From a virus: 64,000 bases of DNA. The position numbers and the translations under genes were made by a program. Numbering within the stretch: the stretch's first letter is position 1; each line of letters begins with the position of its first letter. The notes below the pieces were generated by a model. It saw only the letters and a list, made by a program, of their open reading frames with translations. It ran no database searches and was not told where the DNA came from. This document shows, one piece after another, positions 46,520 to 54,936 of this stretch. The stretch is from positions 64,001-128,000 of the IMG/VR virus record IMGVR_UViG_3300035704_000001; one strand, written 5' to 3'.

Positions 46520-46525
46520 TCCGCG

Positions 46526-46867
46526 ATGACGTTTCCCGACGGGCTCACCACCGTCACCGTGACCGGCCAGCACATCCTGTCGCTCGACGGGCAGCCGCTC
46601 GACGGCGCCGTGATTTTCAGCGCGTCCGGTCCGCTCGGCGATCCGGCCGCTGACGCGGTGCTGTCCGGCGCCGCGGTCGGCACCGTGATCAACGGCGTGA
46701 TGATCCCGGTCGTCATCCCGGCCACCGACGCGCTGAGCCAGCCGTTCACCTACGACATCGCCTTCCGGCTGGACTCGGCCGACGGCATCAGCCCGCCCCC
46801 CTACCCGGGGATCTCCATCCCGTCCACCCTGGGCCCGACGGTGGATATTTCCTCTCTTCTTAGCTGA
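46526..46867 (+). CDS. hypothetical beta-rich virion-type protein
   Basis: DGQPLDG.V.F...TY...TVDIS pattern. Confidence 0.6.
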   Translation: MTFPDGLTTVTVTGQHILSLDGQPLDGAVIFSASGPLGDPAADAVLSGAAVGTVINGVMIPVVIPATDALSQPFTYDIAFRLDSADGISPPPYPGISIPSTLGPTVDISSLLS

Positions 46868-46994
46868 TTCGCACCACGCCGGGGCGGGGGCACGGCCGAT
46901 AGTTAGCTGGCGTGGGGGGCGGCTTGCAAAGTGACCCGGCCCGGTTCGCACCGCGGGCCCTGGCCTGGACAGCGGATGCAGCAGCCCCCCACCT

Positions 46995-47008
46995 CCGATT
47001 AACCCGGC
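46995..47008 (+). promoter_or_regulatory. class B (late-type) phage promoter motif, leaderless
   Basis: CCGATTAACCCGGC then ATG; one of about 18 copies. Confidence 0.75.
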
Positions 47009-47542
47009 ATGGCGCTGGCTGATCTCTCCGTGCTCGGGGCGCATAAGAGCGTGCCGTTCGGGCCCGGCTACCCAGTTCAGATCCTGACCTTCTACAGCCC
47101 GGTCGATGACGTCCACCAGGTACTGCTCGACCTGATCGGCAGCGCGGGCAAGTCGCTGGTGATCGCGATGTACGGGTTCGACGATGATGAGCTGGCTGCC
47201 GCCATCCACGCCCGGCTCGACGACGGGTCCTGCTATGTCTCGCTGACCCTGGACTCCAGCCAGGCCGGCGGGGTGCACGAGCGCGAGCTGCTGGCCAAGA
47301 GCGCGTTCCCGTCCAACTCGGTGGCCGTCGGGCGGTCCGAGCGCGGCGCCATCATGCACATGAAGATGATCATCATCGACGGGCTGGACGTGGTGACCGG
47401 TTCCACCAACTGGTCCGGCTCGGGCGAGTCCAGGCAGGACAACCAGCTCACCGTCATCCGCGACGCGCAGGTGGCGGCCGAGGCCCGGGCCCGGGTGGAC
47501 ATGATCCACGAGCACATGCTGACCGCGCAGCGGGGGACCTGA
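47009..47542 (+). CDS. phospholipase D-family (Nuc-like) protein
   Basis: [14 protein letters not shown]...GSTNWS...N. Confidence 0.88.
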   Translation: MALADLSVLGAHKSVPFGPGYPVQILTFYSPVDDVHQVLLDLIGSAGKSLVIAMYGFDDDELAAAIHARLDDGSCYVSLTLDSSQAGGVHERELLAKSAFPSNSVAVGRSERGAIMHMKMIIIDGLDVVTGSTNWSGSGESRQDNQLTVIRDAQVAAEARARVDMIHEHMLTAQRGT

Positions 47543-48117
47543 TGCCCTGGCCCGTCCCTACCGTTGAGCAGCTGTCCGAGTTCAGCGGCCGCGCCGCGGT
47601 CAGCTACACCGGCTACGCCGTCTCGGCTGCGCTGCAGGCCGCGGTCATGTTCACCACCCTGACCGAGCGCGGGGCGGATGAGTACAACCTGCTGAGCCCC
47701 GATGACCAGCTGCTGGCCAACCTGGGCGTGCAGGCCATGGCCGACTACATCTACCTGCGGTTCGCCTACCAGCAGGTGATCGCGAGCCCGCTGCAGAGCG
47801 AGAACATCGGCTCGTACAGCTACTCCAAGCCGATCGCCGAGATGGCCCGCAACGCGCAGGCCATCGAAGTCACCGCGGAGAAGACCGGGGTGGACATGTT
47901 CGACCTGGCCGTCCGTATGCTAGCCAGGCGGACCCGGGCCAGCGGCGTGTTCTCCGGGCAGATCACGGGCTTCGAGCACTTCGGCCGCGATGACCAGGCG
48001 AAGATCATGCAGGGCGAGGACGGGCAGCTGATGCTGGTCGGCCCGGCCGACTTCAACAAGATCGACCTGCAGTTCTTCGACATCAATGCAGAGGCATTCC
48101 CCAGCGACCCGGGCTAG
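47542..48117 (+). CDS. head-tail adaptor
   Basis: SENIGSYSYS motif; position. Confidence 0.75.
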   Translation: MPWPVPTVEQLSEFSGRAAVSYTGYAVSAALQAAVMFTTLTERGADEYNLLSPDDQLLANLGVQAMADYIYLRFAYQQVIASPLQSENIGSYSYSKPIAEMARNAQAIEVTAEKTGVDMFDLAVRMLARRTRASGVFSGQITGFEHFGRDDQAKIMQGEDGQLMLVGPADFNKIDLQFFDINAEAFPSDPG

Positions 48118-48131
48118 GCGTAGTACAGGGT

Positions 48132-48617
48132 GTGCGACGGCTGCTGGTTACCTGCTCGCGGACCTGGAGAGACTGGGCCCGGGCCCGCGCGGTGCTCGGC
48201 TACATCTACGAGCGGGCCCCGGACTTGATCATGGTCTCCGGGCATGCCTGGAAAGGCGACCGGGACCTGGAGCGGATCTGGAAGGACCTGGGCGGCCAGG
48301 TCGAGACGCACGTGCCGGACTGGGAAGGCCCGTGCCGCCCGGAGACCTGCCCGCCGTGGGACTACCACCGCAAGCGCGGCCGCAACGGCCAGGAGTACTG
48401 CCCGGCTGCCGGTGACTACCGCAACCAGCAGATGGCCGAGCTGCCGGGCGTGATCCTGTGCCTGGCGTTCCTCATGCCGTGCGAGGAGCCGAAGTGCGAG
48501 AAGCGCCGGGAGCTGGCCCGGCAGCGGGGCGGCGTGCACTATACCCACGGGACGCGGCAGAGCGCGGACTACGCCGAGCACGAGGCGAAGATCCCTGTCC
48601 GGAGGATCACCGGCTGA
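48132..48617 (+). CDS. SLOG / DUF2493 (YspA-like) protein
   Basis: LLVTCSR.W.D, SGHA..GD, AAG..RNQQM, GT. Confidence 0.75.
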   Translation: MRRLLVTCSRTWRDWARARAVLGYIYERAPDLIMVSGHAWKGDRDLERIWKDLGGQVETHVPDWEGPCRPETCPPWDYHRKRGRNGQEYCPAAGDYRNQQMAELPGVILCLAFLMPCEEPKCEKRRELARQRGGVHYTHGTRQSADYAEHEAKIPVRRITG

Positions 48618-48619
48618 GC

Positions 48620-48633
48620 CCGATTAACCAGGC
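48620..48633 (+). promoter_or_regulatory. class B phage promoter motif, leaderless
   Basis: CCGATTAACCAGGC then ATG. Confidence 0.75.
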
Positions 48634-49125
48634 ATGACCACTCCGTACCAGGGCTTCGCTCCAGGGCAGAGCGGCATGCGGATGTTCTACACCTCCACCT
48701 GCCGGGTGCTGCGCAACGTCCCGGTGATGGAATCCGGCGGCGGCATGCTGCTCGGCTGGCAGCCGGTGACCGTCATCGTGGACCCGATCCTGGACCAGCC
48801 CGGCCTGCTGCAGTGCCGGCTCGACCTGCACCTGGTCCGCCCCGGCAAGGATGCCCCGGCGCCGATGGTGGCCGGCCGCGCGCCGGACCGGGTGGGCGTC
48901 GCGTTCTTCGACCTGAATCCCGGGCCGTCCGGTGCCCCGCTGGTGCTGGCCGGCGACCGGCTGGAGTGCGTGGCCGGGCCGATCTTCGGTACCTTCGACA
49001 TCCGGGTGATCCCCGACGTCGCGCAGGACCTGGCCGGCGGCCACCACATCGAGGTGCAGGTGATCGAGGTCAGCCAGATGCTCCAGCCGGGCAGCCCGAC
49101 GCCGTTCCCGGGGAGCCCGCCGTGA
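48634..49125 (+). CDS. head closure/stopper protein
   Basis: AGDR...HHIEVQV; position. Confidence 0.7.
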   Translation: MTTPYQGFAPGQSGMRMFYTSTCRVLRNVPVMESGGGMLLGWQPVTVIVDPILDQPGLLQCRLDLHLVRPGKDAPAPMVAGRAPDRVGVAFFDLNPGPSGAPLVLAGDRLECVAGPIFGTFDIRVIPDVAQDLAGGHHIEVQVIEVSQMLQPGSPTPFPGSPP

Positions 49126-49277
49126 TCCGGGTCCGGCTGAGCGCCCGCGGACATGGCTGGCCGTGGTGGAAGGCCTACGCCCATCGCCCCTGGTACTGGC
49201 ACCGGTTCTGCGTCAGCGCTGACGGCTGGTACTTCGCGTTCTGGCGGCTGCGTGTCCGTGTCGGGAGCCCGCCGTAA
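49122..49277 (+). CDS. small Trp/Arg-rich protein flanked by 13-bp direct repeats
   Basis: GTGA and TAATG coupling to neighbours. Confidence 0.55.
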   Translation: MIRVRLSARGHGWPWWKAYAHRPWYWHRFCVSADGWYFAFWRLRVRVGSPP

Positions 49278-49699
49278 TGCCGGTTCACTGGGACTTCTAC
49301 GGGGCCGGGGTCGAGGCCGAGCTGGACCGCATCGCCCGCGGGCCGGATCAGCGCACCATCGCGGCCTGGGAGACGGCGCTGCTGGCCGGCTACGCCATGT
49401 CCGAGGCCCGCGCGCACGTGATCACCGGCGCGCTGAAGGCCTCGGGGCACCCGTCCAGTCATCACGGCGAGGGCAGCTGGGAGGGCACCATCTCCTTCGC
49501 CGGCAAGCCCGGCATCTTCGAGCTGGCCCGCGGCGACAAGCCGACCGGCAACCACCCCGAGGGCGGGCACTACTTCTTCGACCCGGGCGGCCCGCTGTTC
49601 GAGCGCCAGGTGCGGCAGGCGTTCTGGGACTGGATCACCGGCGGCAAGGGCGGTTCGGCCCCGTCCGAGGGACTTGGCCCCTATTCCGGAGGCGACTGA
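49277..49699 (+). CDS. neck protein (HK97 gp10-like)
   Basis: HVITGALKAS motif. Confidence 0.7.
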   Translation: MPVHWDFYGAGVEAELDRIARGPDQRTIAAWETALLAGYAMSEARAHVITGALKASGHPSSHHGEGSWEGTISFAGKPGIFELARGDKPTGNHPEGGHYFFDPGGPLFERQVRQAFWDWITGGKGGSAPSEGLGPYSGGD

Positions 49700-49923
49700 T
49701 GGCCAGCACCACGATCTACCACACCCAGCGTGGCTTCGGCCTGTGCCATGCCCCGAATTACTCCGAGGTCGGCGCCGGGCTGACCCACCCCGAGCACGGG
49801 CGGCTGGTGTCTTGCTGGGTGTGCGGGCACCTCGGGGTCATCCCCGAACAGGGCCATGAGCTGGAGTTCATGCCGCCGGGCACCGAGCGGGGCCCCGACG
49901 GAGGCTTCGTCCTGCGGACATAG
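49699..49923 (+). CDS. hypothetical protein
   Basis: TGATG coupling; CWVC. Confidence 0.6.
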   Translation: MASTTIYHTQRGFGLCHAPNYSEVGAGLTHPEHGRLVSCWVCGHLGVIPEQGHELEFMPPGTERGPDGGFVLRT

Positions 49924-49964
49924 TGAAGCGGGCAGCACCGGGGGGGAGGGTGCTGCCCGCTTCA
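49924..49964 (+). terminator. 16-bp hairpin
   Basis: TGAAGCGGGCAGCACC...GGTGCTGCCCGCTTCA. Confidence 0.6.
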
Positions 49965-50084
49965 TGATCCGGACCCATGCGCCAGGCTGGCAAGCCGCGG
50001 GACACGCGCCGGTGTTCGCGTCCTCACGTTACAGGGCCGGCCGCGTGGCGCGGCGGGCGAAACGCCGAGAACGATTAACCAGGC

Positions 50085-50624
50085 ATGGACGACGTGGGCA
50101 CCGGCGCGGTTAAGCTCCTGACTGCCTGCGACGACGTGACTGAGCTGCTGGGCCTGTTCTCGCTGGCCGATCCGGTCGCGCCCAACGCCGGCCGCCCCTG
50201 GATCTTCGCCGACACCATCTCGCTGGCCGGGGCGCCCGGCGTGCTGACCCGGGTCGAGGGCACCCAGCAGGCTGCCCTGGTGCTGTCCGACTTCGGCGGC
50301 TGGGAGGCCCCGGCGATGCTGGCCTCGGCCCGGTTCCGGCGGCTGCGGGTGGACGTCTGGGTCGACCCGGTCCGCGACGGCAACAGCAACGTCGCCGAGA
50401 CGTCAGCGCTGACGACCAACCGCGGGCTCGCGGTGTTCGCCGCGGCGCACAGCCACCTGCAGCGCCGGGACAGCGACGTGCAGATCTGGGGCGACCTGGT
50501 GACCTTCGGCTGCCAGCTACTCGCCGACATCACCTTCTCCCCCGTGCCGGACGGCGACTGGCTGCAGCGCGGCACCGCCTATTACGGGGTGTACTGCGCC
50601 GGCTGGACCGACGCTGCCGAATAG
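50085..50624 (+). CDS. tail terminator/completion protein
   Basis: LRVDVW; position; class B motif upstream. Confidence 0.65.
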   Translation: MDDVGTGAVKLLTACDDVTELLGLFSLADPVAPNAGRPWIFADTISLAGAPGVLTRVEGTQQAALVLSDFGGWEAPAMLASARFRRLRVDVWVDPVRDGNSNVAETSALTTNRGLAVFAAAHSHLQRRDSDVQIWGDLVTFGCQLLADITFSPVPDGDWLQRGTAYYGVYCAGWTDAAE

Positions 50625-50686
50625 ATCCCCGGTTCCGCGTAAGCCAGGCCCCCCGGCCTGGTCTGTCCGGTCGAGGAGGTCCCCCT

Positions 50687-50881
50687 ATGCACTACTGCGT
50701 CGGCTGCGGCAGGTTCCGGGCTCTCGTCGCGGTCATCTTGCTGTGTTCCGAGTGCTACGGCGACTGGCTTCGGCTGACCCCGGTCCGATTGCGCGACAGG
50801 GAAATGATGCCGAGGGAGGCCCATGTCCGAGCGCCCGCTCAAGGTCCTGGTCAAGAGCCCGTTTTCGCAGTTCAGCGGTTA
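50687..50881 (+). CDS. small zinc-finger protein; no standard stop until 52087, first in-frame TTA at 50879
   Basis: RBS GAGGAGG; CVGC...CSEC. Confidence 0.45.
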
Positions 50882-52118
50882 CGGGACCGACGGGTTCGGA
50901 ATCCTGCGTGCCCTGCAGGAGTGGGGCTGCGACGTCTACCCGCAGCCTGTCTGGCTGGACGTGCCGGTCCCGCGCGACCTGATGCCCCTGTTCACCCGGG
51001 AGCTGCGGCCGCCGTTCGACCTGCTCATCAACCACTGGGACCCGGCCCACCTGTCCATCACCCGCGAGGCACGGGGGTGCGCGCGGGTGGCGGTGGCCTG
51101 GACCATGTGGGAGTTCGCCTCCGGACCCGGGCCCTACCCGTGCCGCCGGCACCTGCGCGATCCCGGGTCCGGCTGCCCGCCGATGGCCGAGTGCCCGCGG
51201 TGCACCAGGGGCCCGGTCTCCGGCCTGGTGCCGCACTGCAAGGGCCGGTCCAAGCTGCCCGCCTCGCTGAAGTGGTTCGACCTGGTGCTGGGCTACGACG
51301 AGGTGTCCCTGGAGGCGCTGTCCTCGGTGATCCCGAAGAAGACGGCCAGCGGCATCCTCCAGGGCGGCTTCGACTCCCGCGAGTGGAAGTTCAGCGCGCG
51401 GGACTGGAGCAGCGAGCCCGGTGCCCGGTTCGGCTTCATCATGCACGGCGCGCTGAACGCCCGCAAGCAGCCGTGGGTCTCGATCGAGGCGTTCAACCAG
51501 CTCAAGTTCGAGAAGCCCGGGCCCGGGCCGGGCGGTTTCGGGGACGCCACCCTGGCCCTGCACACCAACGCGCCGGGCCTGCTGTTCCCCGAGCTGAACC
51601 AGCCGTTCGAGAGCCAGCGCATCCGGGTGTTCGTCGATGCCTTCGACCACTCCACGCTGGAGGACTTCTACCGGTCCGGGCACGTGCTGCTGGCACCGTC
51701 CAGGGGCGAGGGCAAGAACCTGCCGGCCCTGGAGATGCAAGCCACCGGCGGGGTGGTGGCAGGTACCGACTTCGGCGGTCACCGGCAGTGGATGCGCGCG
51801 GACGCCGCCTACCCGCTGCCGTACACCCTGGCTCCCACGTTCGACCGGCTCCCCTGGGCCGCGCACGACGCCCGGGTCTCGGTGGAGGACATGAAGACCG
51901 CGCTGTGGCACATCTACACCCACCGCGAGGAGGCCCGGCGCAAGGCCGAGCTGGCCAGCCGGCTCATCCCGCAGATGTGCGACTGGTCGGTGGTCATCGA
52001 GAACCTGTTCCGCCGGGTACGGGATACCGTGCCCGGCCCGGGGCCCGAGGTCTACGACCGGGCCATGGCATGCCGGCGCGAGGCTGAGCAAGCCCGGATG
52101 CCGGGGTTCCCGGGGTGA
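50823..52118 (+). CDS. glycosyltransferase (GT4 / GT-B fold) with a Cys-rich insert
   Basis: SGYG, TMWE, ARK, PSRGEGKNLPALE. Confidence 0.88.
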   Translation: MSERPLKVLVKSPFSQFSGYGTDGFGILRALQEWGCDVYPQPVWLDVPVPRDLMPLFTRELRPPFDLLINHWDPAHLSITREARGCARVAVAWTMWEFASGPGPYPCRRHLRDPGSGCPPMAECPRCTRGPVSGLVPHCKGRSKLPASLKWFDLVLGYDEVSLEALSSVIPKKTASGILQGGFDSREWKFSARDWSSEPGARFGFIMHGALNARKQPWVSIEAFNQLKFEKPGPGPGGFGDATLALHTNAPGLLFPELNQPFESQRIRVFVDAFDHSTLEDFYRSGHVLLAPSRGEGKNLPALEMQATGGVVAGTDFGGHRQWMRADAAYPLPYTLAPTFDRLPWAAHDARVSVEDMKTALWHIYTHREEARRKAELASRLIPQMCDWSVVIENLFRRVRDTVPGPGPEVYDRAMACRREAEQARMPGFPG

Positions 52119-52169
52119 GCCGGCGGCCATCATCATCGTGATCTGGGGCGAGACCGGGGAGGCCGGGGG

Positions 52170-52454
52170 GTGACGATTGCGGAGTGTGTGGAGCAGACCG
52201 AGGTCGAGGTCCGCTGCCCGGTAGACAAGCCCCTGCCCGGCGGGGACTGCCGCCCCGGCAGGCTGCTGATGAAGCTGCGGCTCGGCGGCGGCATCCCGAG
52301 CTTCGTCCACCCGGACAACCTGATCGAGCTGTCCTGCACCGACTGCAAGGAGGCAGCCCGGCAGGCCGGGCGCCCGGTCAGGCGGGTACTGCACCGCTTC
52401 GACCTGGCCGGAAGTCTTGTGGAGACTCTGGTGGAGACGCTGACGGAGAGTTAG
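52170..52454 (+). CDS. Cys-containing hypothetical protein
   Basis: RCP...ELSCTDC...HRF. Confidence 0.7.
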   Translation: MTIAECVEQTEVEVRCPVDKPLPGGDCRPGRLLMKLRLGGGIPSFVHPDNLIELSCTDCKEAARQAGRPVRRVLHRFDLAGSLVETLVETLTES

Positions 52455-52491
52455 CTGGCGGTTAGGCTCACCTGCGGGAGGTGGGCAACCT

Positions 52492-52962
52492 ATGCCTAGA
52501 GCAGGGAGCGGGCACCTGTACGCGGCGGACCCGGAGCTGGCGGGAATCCTGGCGCAGATGCCCCGGGAGGAGGTCAGGTGCCGCCGCGGGCACCACCGGT
52601 GGGCCCGGGACACGGTGCTGCCCGGCGACGCCTGGCCGGCGGTGGTGCGGGCCTGGCCGACTGGCGATGGCCGGATCAAGGTCGAAGACCCGTGCGTGGA
52701 CTGCGGGCTGGCCTGGCGGGTGACCAGGACCGGCTATGACGGGACGCTGGACGCGTTCGCCCGGTCGCACATCGTCTACCACGAGGACTGGGTGCGCGTC
52801 CCGCAGGGCCTGGACCGGCGCAAGCGGACGATCGGGCGCGAGGGCGACCGCCGCGGGAAGAAGCAGAACACCGCCAGCCTGGCGGCCGCGCTGGCCCGGA
52901 CCGAGCGGTCCGGGGCGCAACCGGTGCAGCCGGTCCGGTTCGCGCATGCGGACGCCGGCTGA
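52492..52962 (+). CDS. hypothetical protein
   Basis: RBS GGAGG; CRRGHH...CVDC. Confidence 0.7.
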   Translation: MPRAGSGHLYAADPELAGILAQMPREEVRCRRGHHRWARDTVLPGDAWPAVVRAWPTGDGRIKVEDPCVDCGLAWRVTRTGYDGTLDAFARSHIVYHEDWVRVPQGLDRRKRTIGREGDRRGKKQNTASLAAALARTERSGAQPVQPVRFAHADAG

Positions 52963-53429
52963 TGCCTGCCGTCCACCAGGTCATCCTGTATGACGACAAG
53001 GCCTGGCCGGAGCATGTCAGGGCGCAGGAGGTGGTCCGGGTCACGGTGCACTGGCAGGAGATCGGCGACGGCCCGGCCCGCGGCCGGGAGGATGTCGAGC
53101 TGTACCTGACCGCAGCCGGGCGGGTGGACCTGGTAACGGGGCTGAAGGAGTACTTCGACATCGGCCACCGGCCCGGCGCCGCGACCGCCAAGCCGGCGCG
53201 GGAGACCTGGACCGGCGGCTCCCGGCAGGCGTCACTCGACTACTGGCGAGATGTCCGCGACTTCGCTGACCTGTTCGGGCTGAAGCACAGGAAAGACCCG
53301 GGCAAGCCTGCCTACGAGACCCCGGCCGGCTCGTGGTCCTACCCGGGGTGGCTGCGGGAGGCCTACGCCCGCTGGATGGCCGCGGGCAGCCCGGCTCCGG
53401 GCGGCGACTGGGTTCCGGAGGAGGAGTAG
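52962..53429 (+). CDS. Lsr2-like protein
   Basis: V.LYDD...ELYLT...L...LKEY...G dimerisation-like domain; VRDFA...G...P..LREAY DNA-binding-like domain. Confidence 0.6.
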   Translation: MPAVHQVILYDDKAWPEHVRAQEVVRVTVHWQEIGDGPARGREDVELYLTAAGRVDLVTGLKEYFDIGHRPGAATAKPARETWTGGSRQASLDYWRDVRDFADLFGLKHRKDPGKPAYETPAGSWSYPGWLREAYARWMAAGSPAPGGDWVPEEE

Positions 53430-53698
53430 TGGCAGGCGGCTGGAGGCACGTCACCGACGAGCAGGCCCGGTACCGCGGGTCCGGCACCCTGGAGGCCGGC
53501 GGTGACGTCGAGGAGTTCGCCCGGGACATGTTCGGCATGGTCTGGTGGCTGGCGGCACAGCTGGCTGCCCTGGAGGTGAGCCAGGCCGCGGAAGATGAGG
53601 TGCTGCGGGAGCACGCGCTGCCCTGGGTCCGGGTAGCGGGCGAGTACACGCCCGAGGGGTTCGCCCTGGGAGGGCTGGCCGACGGCACGGAGCGCTGA
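53429..53698 (+). CDS. hypothetical protein
   Basis: Coupled start; RBS GGAGG. Confidence 0.6.
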   Translation: MAGGWRHVTDEQARYRGSGTLEAGGDVEEFARDMFGMVWWLAAQLAALEVSQAAEDEVLREHALPWVRVAGEYTPEGFALGGLADGTER

Positions 53699-53959
53699 GT
53701 GCCCGGCATGCGGCCCGTCCCCCACGGCATCCACCGCGAGCGGGTCGGCGACTGCCAGCCGGCTACCTGGTATGTCGTGTGGCTGGGCGCGCCGCATGCC
53801 GATGGCTCAGTAGTGATCGGCCGGTCAAAGCGGCTGGGCGCGCACCAGCTGCACCGGTTCTTCCCCGAGCGGCCGGGCGTGGCCTGCGAGGACATCAAGG
53901 GCTGGGTTACCGGGGCCCTGTGGCTGAAGGAAGTGCATGATGGCGCTCCGCCTGATTGA
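53699..53959 (+). CDS. hypothetical protein
   Basis: Adjacent ORF; codon usage. Confidence 0.55.
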   Translation: MPGMRPVPHGIHRERVGDCQPATWYVVWLGAPHADGSVVIGRSKRLGAHQLHRFFPERPGVACEDIKGWVTGALWLKEVHDGAPPD

Positions 53960-54113
53960 CCTGCGCAGGGCAGCGGCGCACGAGTATCCCGAGCTGCGCG
54001 GCGGCCCCGGGCGGCTGACCTGGTGGCAGGTCAACTGCTGGTGGGTTACCGCCGCCGCCATCTTGTACTCCGACATGCTCCTGTGGATCGCGGTGACGAT
54101 CACGCGGGGGTGA
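53937..54113 (+). CDS. small membrane protein
   Basis: RBS AAGGA; C-terminal hydrophobic helix. Confidence 0.5.
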   Translation: MMALRLIDLRRAAAHEYPELRGGPGRLTWWQVNCWWVTAAAILYSDMLLWIAVTITRG

Positions 54114-54715
54114 GCAAGCCGCTGACGCTGCCCCTGTCCGTGCCCGTGGTGATGGCCCCGCCGGCCCCCGGTGACTTCTGCTGCGTGCCGGTCTCCGGCT
54201 GGACCGGGTTCGGCATCGAGCTGGGCCAGTGGCTGGGCGGCGACAAGTTCCAGGCGTACGACCACGCGGAGATTTTCGTCGGGCAGGCCGACGCCGCGGG
54301 CCCGCACGGCTACACCGTCAGCGCCTACCCGGACAACGGGAAGAAGGGGAAGACCGGCCGGCGGCCGCTGCCGTGCGACCCGGCGCAGCTGCCGGGCTCG
54401 CTGTGGTCCTCGGGCCTGATCGCGCTGACCGGCCCCGAGCGGTCCGCCATCCTGGGCTGGGCGATGGACCACGCTGACGTCCGGTACAGCTTCGCCGACT
54501 ACGGCGCACTGATTATGCACCGCCTGCGGCTGGACACCGCCTGGCTGCAGGAGTACATCGCATCGAGCACGCACCTGATCTGCTCCCAGTTCGTCGATGC
54601 GGCCTACGGCGAGGGCGGCAACGTCCACCTGTTCTCTGATGACAGGTGGCCGGGCTACGTCAAGCCGGGTGACCTCGCGGGCATGCTCCAGGACCTGATG
54701 GCCCAGGCGCGCTGA
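54110..54715 (+). CDS. permuted papain-like NlpC/P60 (YaeF/YiiX-type) amidase
   Basis: PGD, YDHAEI, YSF, LICSQFVDAAY, PGDL. Confidence 0.8.
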   Translation: MSKPLTLPLSVPVVMAPPAPGDFCCVPVSGWTGFGIELGQWLGGDKFQAYDHAEIFVGQADAAGPHGYTVSAYPDNGKKGKTGRRPLPCDPAQLPGSLWSSGLIALTGPERSAILGWAMDHADVRYSFADYGALIMHRLRLDTAWLQEYIASSTHLICSQFVDAAYGEGGNVHLFSDDRWPGYVKPGDLAGMLQDLMAQAR

Positions 54716-54716
54716 G

Positions 54717-54884
54717 GTGGATTCTGCGGGCCTGCACCGCCGTCCGCCGCCGCCGCTCGCCTGGAGGCTCTGGCACGGGCTGAGGCGCACGCTGGCCGCG
54801 TGCTGGCCGGGCTGGGTGAACGCGCTCCGGATCGCCCTGCTGCTGGCTGTGCTGGTGCTGCACATCATCGGCTGGCTGCCCTAG
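54717..54884 (+). CDS. small membrane protein
   Basis: C-terminal IALLLAVLVLHIIGWL. Confidence 0.55.
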   Translation: MDSAGLHRRPPPPLAWRLWHGLRRTLAACWPGWVNALRIALLLAVLVLHIIGWLP

Positions 54885-54936
54885 GCGCGGGCGGCCGATT
54901 CGGCAAGGCAGACACCGCCTATCGAGGAGGCCCCCG

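Noticed and set aside
50687-52087. 466-aa ORF overlapping the glycosyltransferase
   Set aside because: Beyond about residue 45 it is an off-frame translation of the GT4 gene. Only the N-terminal zinc-finger part is credible.
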